A stretch of 64,000 nt of DNA from an uncultured Gammaproteobacteria bacterium (GCA_964628885.1 CAZVMP010000001.1:43459-107458); one strand, 5' to 3'. Positions 29,927-40,387 are shown, counted from the stretch's first letter. A program made the numbers and translations. The notes: generated from the sequence alone by a model not told the origin.

Positions 29927-31246
29927 ATGTCAGAAAATCAAAATGACTTAGTCGCCAAAATCACTAGTCTCTGTAAACGGCGAGGAATTATTTTTCAAAA
30001 TTCAGAAATCTATGGTGGTATTCAAGGTTTTTATGATTACGGCCCTATTGGTTCTCTAATGAAACTAAATTGGAAAAATCTTTGGTGGCAAGACAATGTT
30101 GTCCGTCGACGCGACATCGTCGGTATCGATGGTTCTATTATTAGCCATCCTACCGTCTGGCAAGCCTCTGGTCACGTCAAAAATTTTGCTGATGTTATGG
30201 TTGAGTGTAAATCGTGTCACAAACGTTTCCGACCAGACCTCCTTGATGATCCCACCAAATGTCCTGAATGTGGTGGTCAATTTACTGAGGGAAGAAAATA
30301 TAATATCTTGTTTGAAACCGAAATTGGAGTCATTGAAGGTGAAAAAATTCATACCTATCTTAGGGGAGAAGCTTGTCAAAATATTTATCTTAACTTCAAG
30401 AACATTATTGATTCTACTAGAATTAAAATTCCTTTCGGTATTGCTCAAATTGGCAAGGCTTTTCGCAATGAAATTACCCCAAAAAACTTTCTTTATCGTA
30501 CTCGAGAATTTGAACAGTGGGATATTCAATATTTTGTTCACCCTTCAGAAATGGATAAGTGGTATGAATATTGGAAAGAAAATCGAATGAATTGGTATAA
30601 ATCCATTTTTAATAACCCCAACAATCTTCGTTTCCGTCAACACCAAAAAGATGAACTTGCCTTTTATGCTCAAAAGGCTTTTGACATTGAATATAAAGCT
30701 CCTTGGGGTTGGGCTGAAACAGAAGGAATTCATTGGCGATCCGACTATGACCTTGCTCAACATACTAAATTTAGTAAGCAAGATCTCTCTTATACTGACC
30801 CCGTCAGTCATGAAAAATACCTTCCTTGGATTACTGAAACCTCTGGTGGAGTCGACCGAAGCTTCTTTTTTCTCCTACTCGATGCTTACCAAGAAGAAAC
30901 TACTCCTAACGGAGAAATTCGAACCTACCTTAAAATTAATCCCAAAATTGCTGCCTACAAAATAGCTGTTTTACCATTAGCTGCCAACAAACCAGAATTA
31001 ATCACCCAAGCCGAGACTATTTTTAAAAACTTAAACACTAAATATGCTACCGATTGGGACGATAGTAGTAACATTGGTAAAAAATATCGCCGTCAAGACG
31101 AAATTGGTACTCCTTGGTGTTTAGTTGTTGATTATCAAACCTTAGAAGATAATACCGTTTCTATTCGTGACCGCGATACTATGAAACAAATCCGTCTAAA
31201 AATCAGTGAAATTGACACTTGGTTAGAAAAAAAGTTATATAATTAA
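29927..31246 (+). CDS. glyQS: Glycine--tRNA ligase (alpha2 dimeric type)
   Basis: 'LVAKITSLCKRRGIIFQNSEIYGGIQGFYDYGPIGSLMK' and class II motifs; 439 aa. Confidence 0.9.
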   Translation: MSENQNDLVAKITSLCKRRGIIFQNSEIYGGIQGFYDYGPIGSLMKLNWKNLWWQDNVVRRRDIVGIDGSIISHPTVWQASGHVKNFADVMVECKSCHKRFRPDLLDDPTKCPECGGQFTEGRKYNILFETEIGVIEGEKIHTYLRGEACQNIYLNFKNIIDSTRIKIPFGIAQIGKAFRNEITPKNFLYRTREFEQWDIQYFVHPSEMDKWYEYWKENRMNWYKSIFNNPNNLRFRQHQKDELAFYAQKAFDIEYKAPWGWAETEGIHWRSDYDLAQHTKFSKQDLSYTDPVSHEKYLPWITETSGGVDRSFFFLLLDAYQEETTPNGEIRTYLKINPKIAAYKIAVLPLAANKPELITQAETIFKNLNTKYATDWDDSSNIGKKYRRQDEIGTPWCLVVDYQTLEDNTVSIRDRDTMKQIRLKISEIDTWLEKKLYN

Positions 31247-31250
31247 TAAT

Positions 31251-31949
31251 ATGAATAAACTCAAAATTATCTTCATTGCCTCTTTAATTATTCTTTCTTC
31301 GATAATTTTTGTCAGTTGTCGTAAAAAAAAGACCGAAACTACTATAGAAATTAAAGATGAAACTCCAAAAGAATTAATTTTAACCGACGATGATAAACCT
31401 ATAATTTCATTAATTCCTAGAGAAGATGGTCATGAATTAAAATTAAAAGTCGACAAAATTCCCTCCATAATTAATCAGGTTGAATATGAACTTATTTATT
31501 CAGCCAAAGATAATGGTTTAGAAATGGAAAAGGGAATTGGTGATACTGTCAAGCTAACTTCAAACAGTTTTGAAAAAGATTTACTCTTAGGAACCGCCAG
31601 TTGTACTAACGGATGTAAATATAAATTTGATGAAGGAGTTGTTGGGGGTGTTCTATCGCTTACTTTTTATACTACTGACAATCAAACCGCTCTTTTTGAA
31701 GCTCCCTTTACTCTGTCAAACTCTGCTGATATTAAAAAAGCTGGGGGACTCTCTTTAGACTTAGAAGATTTTTCCATCAACGCCGTTACTACTACTAAAA
31801 ATGATTTCTTTATTCTTATTAAGAATTATCGCCCTTACTACTCTGTTTTTTCCAATGGTAATGGAGCTGCTAAAATAACCAAAATATTACCAGAAACTGT
31901 TACTAAAGAAAATACTACTAGTCTTATTGGAGATTATTTAATAAACTAA
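31251..31949 (+). CDS. Putative lipoprotein, function unknown
   Basis: Signal peptide with lipobox-like 'IIFVSC'; no family recognised. Confidence 0.45.
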   Translation: MNKLKIIFIASLIILSSIIFVSCRKKKTETTIEIKDETPKELILTDDDKPIISLIPREDGHELKLKVDKIPSIINQVEYELIYSAKDNGLEMEKGIGDTVKLTSNSFEKDLLLGTASCTNGCKYKFDEGVVGGVLSLTFYTTDNQTALFEAPFTLSNSADIKKAGGLSLDLEDFSINAVTTTKNDFFILIKNYRPYYSVFSNGNGAAKITKILPETVTKENTTSLIGDYLIN

Positions 31950-32824
31950 TGAATTTTCACCGTCCGGTTTTACTTCAAGAAGCCGTCGACGCTATTTCTG
32001 TTAAACCAAAAGGTATTTATATTGATGCCACCTTAGGGCATGGAGGTCATACTCTAGAAATTATTAAGCAGGGAGGCATTGTTTATGGTTTTGACCTTGA
32101 CCCTGCCAATCTACAAATCGCCAGTAATCGAATTAAGGCTGAAAACCTATCTCAAAATTTTTTCCCTGTAAATCAAAATTTTAATCAAATAAACACCGTT
32201 GTTAAACAAAAAATTAAATCAAAAATAGATGGTTTAATTGCTGATCTTGGCTTAAGTCAAAATCAACAAACCGGTTCCAATCGAGGATTCTCCTTTAATG
32301 ATTCTCAATCTCTGGACATGCGCCTTAACCCTACCACTCAACTATTAACAGCAGAAGAAATTATTAACACCTATTCTTTTGACCAGTTATTTGAAATTTT
32401 TTCTAAATTTGGTCAAGAAATCTACAGTAAACCAATTATCTTAAAAATCATTAAAGAAAGACAAAAATCTTCTATTAAGACTGGTACTAAATTAGCCAAT
32501 ATTATTAGGGATTATTACCAAAAATACCATATTAAATCTAAAATTGACCCCGCTACTAAAATATTTCTTAGTCTCCGTATAGCTGTCAATCAGGAATCTC
32601 AAAATCTAATTCAATTGCTAAATCAAACTCTTGATATTGTTAAACCTGGTGGTCAAGTTGCCATTATTACTTTTCATTCTGGTGAAGACCGGTTGGTTAA
32701 ACAATTTATTAACAAACATTCCAAATCGATTGTAAAACAAAAACCTATAAAACCGTCTTTATTAGAGATAAAAACTAATCCTTTATCTCGCTCAAGCATC
32801 CTTAGATCATATAAAATAATTTAA
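31949..32824 (+). CDS. rsmH: 16S rRNA (cytosine1402-N4)-methyltransferase
   Basis: 'HRPVLLQEAVDAI....GIYIDATLGHGGHTLEI' is canonical MraW/RsmH; it is the first gene of the dcw cluster. Confidence 0.9.
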   Translation: MNFHRPVLLQEAVDAISVKPKGIYIDATLGHGGHTLEIIKQGGIVYGFDLDPANLQIASNRIKAENLSQNFFPVNQNFNQINTVVKQKIKSKIDGLIADLGLSQNQQTGSNRGFSFNDSQSLDMRLNPTTQLLTAEEIINTYSFDQLFEIFSKFGQEIYSKPIILKIIKERQKSSIKTGTKLANIIRDYYQKYHIKSKIDPATKIFLSLRIAVNQESQNLIQLLNQTLDIVKPGGQVAIITFHSGEDRLVKQFINKHSKSIVKQKPIKPSLLEIKTNPLSRSSILRSYKII

Positions 32825-33078
32825 TGTCTAAAATATTTTCTAGCATCATTATTATCAGTCTCATTATTCAAATTATTTTCTCTTTTTTCTATTCCAGTAA
32901 TATTGTTACTCAAAATAATCAACTTGATATTTATCAAAAAGAAGCTGATCTACTACAATTAGAAGTAGAATCCGCCTGGAAACAAATTGCTGACCTAACT
33001 TCAATTAAATCTCTTACCCAAAGCACCCCTTCAGCTAACCTCCAACCAATTACTAAATCTATAAAAATTGACTTTTAA
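32824..33078 (+). CDS. ftsL: FtsL-like small bitopic cell division protein
   Basis: 84 aa, one TM helix then a coiled-coil-like segment; sits between rsmH and ftsI. Confidence 0.55.
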   Translation: MSKIFSSIIIISLIIQIIFSFFYSSNIVTQNNQLDIYQKEADLLQLEVESAWKQIADLTSIKSLTQSTPSANLQPITKSIKIDF

Positions 33079-34727
33079 TGATTCAACGTTACCGTATTTT
33101 ATTATTTTCATTTATTGCTTGTTTCCTGGCCGTTATTACCAGGCTTTTTTATTGGCAGGTGATTAAAGGCCCAGAATTAAAAGAAAAAGCTCTCAGTCAA
33201 ACTTACAAACTAGAAACTAAAAATCCTACCCGAGGACAAATTTTTTCTTCAGATGGTTTCCCGCTTGCTCTCAACCAAACAGCTTATCGTCTTTCACTTT
33301 ATAAACCCAATATGACTGAAAACATCGAAGATATTATTAATCAGATCGACTCTATCAATCTAGGATTTATTGATAATAATCCAAACCTTAATAATTTTAA
33401 ATTAAACCCTGATCAAAAATGGATTGATTTACCTACAAATTTTTCTGAATCAGAAAAAAATCAGCTTAACAAAACAGACGGATTAATTTTTAAAAAATAT
33501 AATTTAAGATATTATCCAGAAAATGATTTAGCCTCAAATATGTTAGGATTTGTAGCCAATGATGACTATGGCTACCAGATTGGGTATGGCGGATTAGAAT
33601 CATATTACAACAAACAATTAACCGGTAAAACCGGATTTACTTGGTCTCCACAAGACGCTACTGGTAAAACTATTCTTACTAAAAAGAGTTGGAGTTCTTC
33701 TACTGTTGATGGTCGCCATCTTCTTACTTCTATCAACCGAAACATTCAATATTACGCTGAAAAAGAATTGGCTTCCGGAATTGATAAATACCAAGCAGAT
33801 TCCGGTTCTATTATTATTATGGAAAGTAAAACCGGCCAAATAGTTGCTATGACCAGTCAAACTGGTAAAAATATTGCCACTCCTAGTGCTTCAAGAAATC
33901 CAGCCATAGCAGACCTATTTGAACCCGGATCAATCTTTAAACCTATAGTCGTAACTATGGCCCTCGATCAAAAATCAATCACCCCAGATTATATTTGTCA
34001 CAATTGCTCCCAACCGCTCACCATTGGCCAATATACTATTAATAATTGGGATAAATCAACTCATCCTGAATCAACCCTCAAAGAAGTTATTAAAAATTCT
34101 GATAATATTGGCATGAGTGATATTATTAGCCACCTAGGTTTAGAAAACTTTCTCAAATATTATCAAAGTTTAGGCCTTAATCAAAAAACTGGTATTGACC
34201 TTCAAGGAGAATCTAAACCAACAGTAAAAACTAATTGGCCAGAAATTGACTTAGCCACAGCTTCATTTGGGCAGGGGATTGTTGTTACTCAAATCAACAT
34301 GCTTCAAGCTTTTAATACTATTGCCAATGATGGCATATTAATCGGCCCAAGAGTTGTTACCTCATTTTCCGATAACCTTAATCAAACTTATCCCGCTAAA
34401 TCTCCCAAAAGTTATCGTGTTTTTCAAACTGATTCAGTCTCTGAAATGAAGTCAATTTTAAAATATGCTGTTGAAAATGGAGCTGTTTCTATTTTCAAAC
34501 CAAAAAATCTTGAAGTTTGTGCCAAAAGTGGTACTGCTCAAGTTGCTGTCAAAGGCGGCTACACCGACTCAGCCACTATCGGCTCATATATTGGATTCTG
34601 GCCCTGTGATCAAGCAAAGTTTACTATGATTGTCACTATTAATAATCCTAAATCAGCCCAATGGGGATCAAACACCGCCGCTCCTATCTGGTTTGAAATG
34701 GCTTCAAAAATTAATGGTTTGCTATAA
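33078..34727 (+). CDS. ftsI: Penicillin-binding protein (class B transpeptidase, FtsI/PBP2-like)
   Basis: N-terminal TM; transpeptidase motifs 'GSIFKP' (SxxK), 'KNSDNIG' (SxN) and 'AKSGTAQ' (KSG). Confidence 0.85.
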   Translation: MIQRYRILLFSFIACFLAVITRLFYWQVIKGPELKEKALSQTYKLETKNPTRGQIFSSDGFPLALNQTAYRLSLYKPNMTENIEDIINQIDSINLGFIDNNPNLNNFKLNPDQKWIDLPTNFSESEKNQLNKTDGLIFKKYNLRYYPENDLASNMLGFVANDDYGYQIGYGGLESYYNKQLTGKTGFTWSPQDATGKTILTKKSWSSSTVDGRHLLTSINRNIQYYAEKELASGIDKYQADSGSIIIMESKTGQIVAMTSQTGKNIATPSASRNPAIADLFEPGSIFKPIVVTMALDQKSITPDYICHNCSQPLTIGQYTINNWDKSTHPESTLKEVIKNSDNIGMSDIISHLGLENFLKYYQSLGLNQKTGIDLQGESKPTVKTNWPEIDLATASFGQGIVVTQINMLQAFNTIANDGILIGPRVVTSFSDNLNQTYPAKSPKSYRVFQTDSVSEMKSILKYAVENGAVSIFKPKNLEVCAKSGTAQVAVKGGYTDSATIGSYIGFWPCDQAKFTMIVTINNPKSAQWGSNTAAPIWFEMASKINGLL

Positions 34728-34741
34728 TTAACTCATTCAAA

Positions 34742-36040
34742 ATGTGGCAAAAAATTAAAAATAAGTTCTTTCATTTACCCAAAAGCATCTTTTATAGTCA
34801 TTACTATCATCAACCCTCTAAAAAACTAACTTTAATTGGAGTTACTGGTACCGACGGTAAAACAACCACCTCGATTCTCTTGTATGAAATCCTTAAAGCA
34901 TCAGGAATAAACACTGGAGTTATTACTACTATCGGAGCTAAATATGGTAATGAAGAAATTGACACTGGTCTTCACATGACCAGTCCAGACCCTTCAATTA
35001 TTCATAAAATATTTAAAAAAATGGTTGATGCCGGGATTACTCACGTAGTTTGTGAAATTACAGCCCATGCCTTAGACCAATTCCGCTACTATGGTTGTAA
35101 TTTCGAAGTTTCTGTTATTACTAATACCTCCCATGAACATTTAGATTATTTCTGCAACATGAAGAATTACATTGAAACCAAAAGTTTAATTTTTTCTCAA
35201 TCAAAAATTTCTATCTTGAACCGAGATGACGCTTCCTACCAAATTATTAAAAACAGTCTTAAAGAAAAGTCTTATCTTACTTATAGTGTTAAACATAAAT
35301 CAAATTACCAAGCCAAACACATAACCCTAACTCCTAAGTCTTTAACTTTTAGTGTTAATAAATTGGATTTTAAAACTGATAGTCCTTATTATTACCAAAT
35401 CTATAACATTCTGGCTGCTATTGCTGTAACTGATCAACTAAAAATTGACCTTAAAAATATCATAAAAATTGTTAAAAAATTTCCCAGTACTAAAGGTCGT
35501 CGCGAAGAAGTTGTTAACCAATTAGATATATTAACTCTAATTGACTTTGCTCATACTCCAAATGCTATTAAAAATACTCTCTCGTCTCTTCAACAAATAC
35601 GCCAAGGCCGAATTTTAACTATATTCGGTGCCACTGGCGGTAGAGATCAAACTAAGCGCCCAATTATGGGCTCTATTGTCTCCAAATTAGCTAATATTGC
35701 CTTCATCACCGCCGACGACACTAGAAACGAAGATATTAATCAAATTAATAAACAAATAATTAGTGGTATCTCCAAAAATTCAATTTTAATAGACTATCAA
35801 CAACCAATCAATGAAATTAAAAAAATAATCAAAAATAATCAAGATAATTTTATTTACTTTAATATTCCTAATCGTCAAGACGCTTTTAATTTAGCCATTA
35901 GCCTAGCTCAATCCAAAGACACTATTATTGCTATGGGTAAGGGTCACGAAACTACTATTCTTGAAGGAAACACTGAATATCCTTGGTCAGAAGCTGATGC
36001 TTTTAGAACCGCTTTTAAATTACGACAATCAAATGCCTAA
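34742..36040 (+). CDS. murE: UDP-N-acetylmuramoyl-tripeptide (Mur) ligase, MurE-type
   Basis: 'LTLIGVTGTDGKTTTSILLYEIL' P-loop and a Mur-ligase central/C-terminal profile; follows ftsI. Confidence 0.85.
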   Translation: MWQKIKNKFFHLPKSIFYSHYYHQPSKKLTLIGVTGTDGKTTTSILLYEILKASGINTGVITTIGAKYGNEEIDTGLHMTSPDPSIIHKIFKKMVDAGITHVVCEITAHALDQFRYYGCNFEVSVITNTSHEHLDYFCNMKNYIETKSLIFSQSKISILNRDDASYQIIKNSLKEKSYLTYSVKHKSNYQAKHITLTPKSLTFSVNKLDFKTDSPYYYQIYNILAAIAVTDQLKIDLKNIIKIVKKFPSTKGRREEVVNQLDILTLIDFAHTPNAIKNTLSSLQQIRQGRILTIFGATGGRDQTKRPIMGSIVSKLANIAFITADDTRNEDINQINKQIISGISKNSILIDYQQPINEIKKIIKNNQDNFIYFNIPNRQDAFNLAISLAQSKDTIIAMGKGHETTILEGNTEYPWSEADAFRTAFKLRQSNA

Positions 36041-36641
36041 ATATAATCTCCAAAATCAATTACCTCCTCAAAATAATTACGCCCAAGGATGGCTTCCTCA
36101 AAGAAATCAAGCTGATTTTTGGTATTTTGATACCAGTTGTCGTTCAAATCTAAGCAGTTTTCAACTAAGCTCTGAAAATCGTCGAATTCTTAATAAAACT
36201 CAAAGTTTTAATTTTCAAAAAATATCTCTTAAACAATTTCAATTCACCTCTGATGTTAAAAAACAAATTTTAAATTGGATTAAACAACTTAATTGGAATT
36301 TTCCTATAAGTTCAGTTAAAAATATTTTTACTAATCATATTTTCAACTATCTATATATCTGGAAAAACCAAGAAAATGAAACCGTTGCCTACTCAATTTG
36401 TTATTTTTCCAACAATCTTAGCCACATAGCCTATGTTTTTTATAATCCAGAATATAGTCATGGAAATCTTCCTATTCGTTTAGTATTACAAACTATTATT
36501 GATAGTCATGATTTAGGCCTGAATTATTGTTATTTGGGTCGATTTTCTAAATCACAAAGTTATTACAAAAGAAATATGCCAGGTTTTGAATATTTTCATA
36601 ATCATCAATGGTTAAAATATGACAAATCAAGCCCAATCTAA
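36032..36641 (+). CDS. Aminoacyl-tRNA--protein transferase-like protein (ATE_C / Bpt-like domain)
   Basis: 'CRSNLSSFQLSSENRRILNK' and 'LSHIAYVFYNPEYSHGNLPIRLVLQTIIDSHDLGLNYCYLGRFSKSQSYYKRNMPGFEY' match the ATE_C consensus (…SAVYTFFDP…SLGTY…LGL.Y.YLGYWI…KM.YK..F.P.E). Start taken at Met 'MPKYNL', which overlaps the murE stop by 8 nt; the ORF track starts it at 35928. Confidence 0.6.
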
Positions 36642-38016
36642 TACCCATATTCACATTTTAGGAATAGCCGGTACTATGACCGCACACTTGGCCGTTGCCT
36701 TAAAGCAAACAGGAATTAAAGTTACTGGTTCTGACCAACCTAAAATTTTTCCCCCTATCAGCACCACCCTTAAAAAAGCTGGAATTAAAATTAACATTAC
36801 CGACATTGACCATCATATAGATCAAGCCATCATTGGTTCATCATATAATTCATTTGAAAATACTAAAGAAGAATTTAAGCTCATAAAATCCCAGAAAATC
36901 CCTTATTTGTCAGCCACTAAATATATTGCTCAAAATATTGTTAAATCAAATTCGATTATTGTTGCTGGAAGTTTTGGTAAAACTTCTATTACTAGTCTTT
37001 TAGCTTGGATTTTTACTAAAACCAAACTAGCCCCTAGTTATATGTTTGGTGGCACTCCTAAAAATAAATTTCCTCCTATTAAAATTTCTAATTCAGATTG
37101 GTCAATTGTTGAAGGAGATGAATCTATTCATGGCCTAGATCGAACTGCCAAATTCCTTTATTATCAAACTAAATATCTTCTCATTACTAGTGCTGATTGG
37201 GAACATAAAGACTCTTACCCAGATTCAGCTTCAAATTTTAATGCTTTCAAAAAATTGGTTAAAAAATTACCTCCCGATGGGATTCTTTTAATTAACCATC
37301 AAAACCCATTGGCTTTTAAATTAAGCCAATATTCCCCGGCTAAAGTAATTACTTACAATACTCCTCATTCAGATTATTTCTTAGAAAAAATAATTCCTCA
37401 AGAAAATTTTACTCGCCTAATCATTCATACCCCATCAGGATTAATTAAAGTTGATACTACCTTAATTGGTCAATTTAATTTTGAAAATATTCTTGCCGCT
37501 GTCGCCATGAGTGACTGTCTTAATATTAGTCCTAAAATAATTTCTAAATCTATTTTTTCATATCGTGGTGTCAAGCGCCGTTTAGAGTTAGTAGCTAAAA
37601 CTAAAAATATCTTATTTTTTGATGATTTTGCTCAATCCAGCAATCGAATTAAATCAACTCTCCAGGCTCTACACTCACACTATCCTCAAAAAAAAATTCA
37701 GGTTCTCTATCAACCTCATGCTTCCTTTAATCAATATAAAAGTAGCTTGACTCAACTCAAGGACTCTTTTAATTTAGCTGACAAAATAGTCTTACTTAAA
37801 CTTAAATTTAATCATAATATCGATAAAAAAAATCGAAGTACTGCTAAAGATTTTCGTGACTATCTCGGATCAAAAATAAATTATCTCCCTCTCAAGAGAC
37901 AAGTTATACAGTATTATAAAAACAGTTTGACATCAAATGATATTTTAGTTTATATGAGCTCTGGAGGACTTGAGGGTAGTCAAATTTTTAAATCAATTAT
38001 TAATTTATTCAAATAA
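36619..38016 (+). CDS. Mur ligase of the MurC/Mpl type (UDP-N-acetylmuramate--L-alanine ligase or murein-peptide ligase)
   Basis: N-terminal 'HIHILGIAGTMTAHLAVALKQTGIKVTGSDQPKIFPPISTTL' (MurC/Mpl Rossmann-like N domain), P-loop 'VAGSFGKTSITSLL'. It occupies the position where murF is usually found. Confidence 0.75.
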   Translation: MTNQAQSNTHIHILGIAGTMTAHLAVALKQTGIKVTGSDQPKIFPPISTTLKKAGIKINITDIDHHIDQAIIGSSYNSFENTKEEFKLIKSQKIPYLSATKYIAQNIVKSNSIIVAGSFGKTSITSLLAWIFTKTKLAPSYMFGGTPKNKFPPIKISNSDWSIVEGDESIHGLDRTAKFLYYQTKYLLITSADWEHKDSYPDSASNFNAFKKLVKKLPPDGILLINHQNPLAFKLSQYSPAKVITYNTPHSDYFLEKIIPQENFTRLIIHTPSGLIKVDTTLIGQFNFENILAAVAMSDCLNISPKIISKSIFSYRGVKRRLELVAKTKNILFFDDFAQSSNRIKSTLQALHSHYPQKKIQVLYQPHASFNQYKSSLTQLKDSFNLADKIVLLKLKFNHNIDKKNRSTAKDFRDYLGSKINYLPLKRQVIQYYKNSLTSNDILVYMSSGGLEGSQIFKSIINLFK

Positions 38017-38020
38017 CATA

Positions 38021-39349
38021 ATGTCTAGATACATAGTCACTGGCGGAAAAGAATTAACTGGCGAAGTCTCTATCCGCGGAGCCAAAAATGCCAGCTATAA
38101 ACAAATAATTGCTTCTATTTTAAGTCCTCAAACTACTCAGCTAACTAATATTCCTAAGATATCTGACATTAAAATAACTGAAAGTATTGCCAAAAGCCTC
38201 GGAGCAACTATTAATTACTGTGGTGAACACTGTTTGGAAATTACCACCCCAAAAATTACCAGCTCAATTGTACCTGCTGGTACCGGTGAAAAATCAAGAA
38301 CCTCATTTATGTTTTCCGCTCCATTATTAGTCAGAAGCGGCCAAGCAATAGTTCCTACTCCTGGTGGTGATAAACTTGGCGCCAGACCACTAGATCGTCT
38401 ATTTGATTGTTTTAATAAAATGGGAATCACTACCGAAGTTACTGACACCCAAATAAAGTTTAATACCGACAAGATTAAAGCCGTCCATTACACTTTTAAT
38501 AAACCCTCCCACACTGTTACCGAAACACTTATTATGACTGCCGCCCTAGCCGATGGAGAAACTATTCTTGACAATTCAGCACAAGAACCAGAAATTGATG
38601 ATCTTATCTTAATGCTTAATGATATGGGTGCTAATATCCACCGCAATACAAGTGACCCTAAAAGAATAATTATTAACGGCGTTCGTCAACTTAAAGGTAC
38701 CAATCACCAAATTATTGCCGACAGAAATGAAATTGTTACTTTTGCCTGCGCCGCTCTAGCCACTAAAGGATCGATTAACATCCTTCGCAGTAGCCCAGAA
38801 ATTGTCCAGACTTTTTTAAATACTATTGAGACCATGGGAGCAAAAATTATCCCTGGTAGAGACGAAATTACAGTTTCATGGGTTAAGCCTCTAAAAAATA
38901 TTGATATTGTTACCGGACCAGAACCTGAATTCATGACTGACTGGCAAGCTATTTTTTCCATCCTATTAACTCAAACTGTCGGTTGCAGCACCATTATCGA
39001 AAGAGTTTATCCTTATCGTTTTCAACATATTGATAATCTTAAAAAAATGGGAGTTAAAGCATCTTTCTTTAATCCAAAAATTGATAATCCTAAAACTTAT
39101 TATCAATTTAATCCCGAAAGTGATAAGCCAGAATACTTCCATGGTGTCAAAATTTATGGCCCTAATAAATTAAAACCAGCCAATTTTGTTATCAATGACC
39201 TTCGAGCAGGAGCCTCAACTACCCTAGCTGCTCTTACCGCCCAAGGAACCTCAATTATTGATGGAGTTGAGTATATCGAAAGAGGATATGAGAAATTAGC
39301 TGAAAGACTTTGCTCTCTAGGTGCTAACATAAAGTATATAAAAACATAA
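38021..39349 (+). CDS. murA: UDP-N-acetylglucosamine 1-carboxyvinyltransferase
   Basis: 'YIVTGGKELTGEVSIRGAKNAS...IPKISDIKIT' is canonical MurA/EPSP-like. Start taken at Met 'MSRYIV' rather than 37970. Confidence 0.9.
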   Translation: MSRYIVTGGKELTGEVSIRGAKNASYKQIIASILSPQTTQLTNIPKISDIKITESIAKSLGATINYCGEHCLEITTPKITSSIVPAGTGEKSRTSFMFSAPLLVRSGQAIVPTPGGDKLGARPLDRLFDCFNKMGITTEVTDTQIKFNTDKIKAVHYTFNKPSHTVTETLIMTAALADGETILDNSAQEPEIDDLILMLNDMGANIHRNTSDPKRIIINGVRQLKGTNHQIIADRNEIVTFACAALATKGSINILRSSPEIVQTFLNTIETMGAKIIPGRDEITVSWVKPLKNIDIVTGPEPEFMTDWQAIFSILLTQTVGCSTIIERVYPYRFQHIDNLKKMGVKASFFNPKIDNPKTYYQFNPESDKPEYFHGVKIYGPNKLKPANFVINDLRAGASTTLAALTAQGTSIIDGVEYIERGYEKLAERLCSLGANIKYIKT

Positions 39350-39352
39350 TTT

Positions 39353-40387
39353 ATGATTCATCTATATCTTGGGTTACTACTATTTTCTTTCTTAATCACT
39401 AGTATTTTAGTTATTCCCTTCATAAACATTCTTTATAAACTAAAATTCCAACGTCGAAAACAACAGACTACTGATTTTTTAAACAAAAAAACCCCTATCT
39501 TTGATAAATTTCACAATAATAAAACCGGCACTCCAGTTGGCGGCGGAGTTTTAATAATTATTACCGTCACCGCTCTCTTTTTTATTCTTTTCCCTGTCGT
39601 TAAATTTTCTAAAATATTTATTTCCTCTAACTATAAAATTGCCAGCGAAATATCAATCTTGTTTTTTACTTTTATTAGTTTCGGACTTCTTGGATTATAT
39701 GATGATATTTATAAGTTCTTTGGCTTTAAACAAACCGGTTTCTTTGGACTTAGAATGAAGCATAAATTCATGCTTCAGACATTTCTTTCTCTAATTGTTT
39801 CCATGGCAATATACTTTCAATTAAAAATTGATTTCATCTATATCCCTGTCTTAGGAATCCTTAGATTAGGCTGGTTTTTTATTCCTATATCAACTATTAT
39901 AATTACTGGTTTTGCCAATTTTTTTAATATAACTGACGGTCTTGATGGGTTATCTTGTGGACTATTAATGATTGCTTTATTTGCTTTTTGGATCCTCTCT
40001 AACACCTCTCTGGACACCCCTATCTCTATTTTTTTGTCACTTTGGATTGGTTCTTTAATTGCCTTCTTATATTTTAATGTTTACCCTGCCAGAATTTGGT
40101 TAGGGGATGTTGGCGCCCTCTCCTTTGGAGCCACATTTGCCGTCATTGCTCTTATGTTAGGTAAAATAGTTCCCTTAATCATTGTTGGGTCTCCATTTAT
40201 TATTGAGGGAGTAAGCAGTGCTATTCAAATAATTAGTAAAAAATATTTCAAAAAGAAAATCTTTCCTGCGGCCCCAATTCATCTAACGCTACAAAGCCTT
40301 GGTTGGGAAGAACCTAAAATTGTTACTCGTGCTTGGTTAGCTGGAATTATTTTAGCAATCTTTGGATTATGGTTGGGACTAAACTAA
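39353..40387 (+). CDS. mraY: Phospho-N-acetylmuramoyl-pentapeptide transferase
   Basis: About 10 TM helices and 'NKTGTPVGGG', 'NITDGLDGL' MraY motifs. Confidence 0.85.
   Translation: MIHLYLGLLLFSFLITSILVIPFINILYKLKFQRRKQQTTDFLNKKTPIFDKFHNNKTGTPVGGGVLIIITVTALFFILFPVVKFSKIFISSNYKIASEISILFFTFISFGLLGLYDDIYKFFGFKQTGFFGLRMKHKFMLQTFLSLIVSMAIYFQLKIDFIYIPVLGILRLGWFFIPISTIIITGFANFFNITDGLDGLSCGLLMIALFAFWILSNTSLDTPISIFLSLWIGSLIAFLYFNVYPARIWLGDVGALSFGATFAVIALMLGKIVPLIIVGSPFIIEGVSSAIQIISKKYFKKKIFPAAPIHLTLQSLGWEEPKIVTRAWLAGIILAIFGLWLGLN

Noticed and set aside
30065-30965. Several overlapping ORFs on both strands inside glyQS
   Set aside because: They sit entirely within a well-supported aminoacyl-tRNA synthetase gene. 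They are alternative-frame artefacts.
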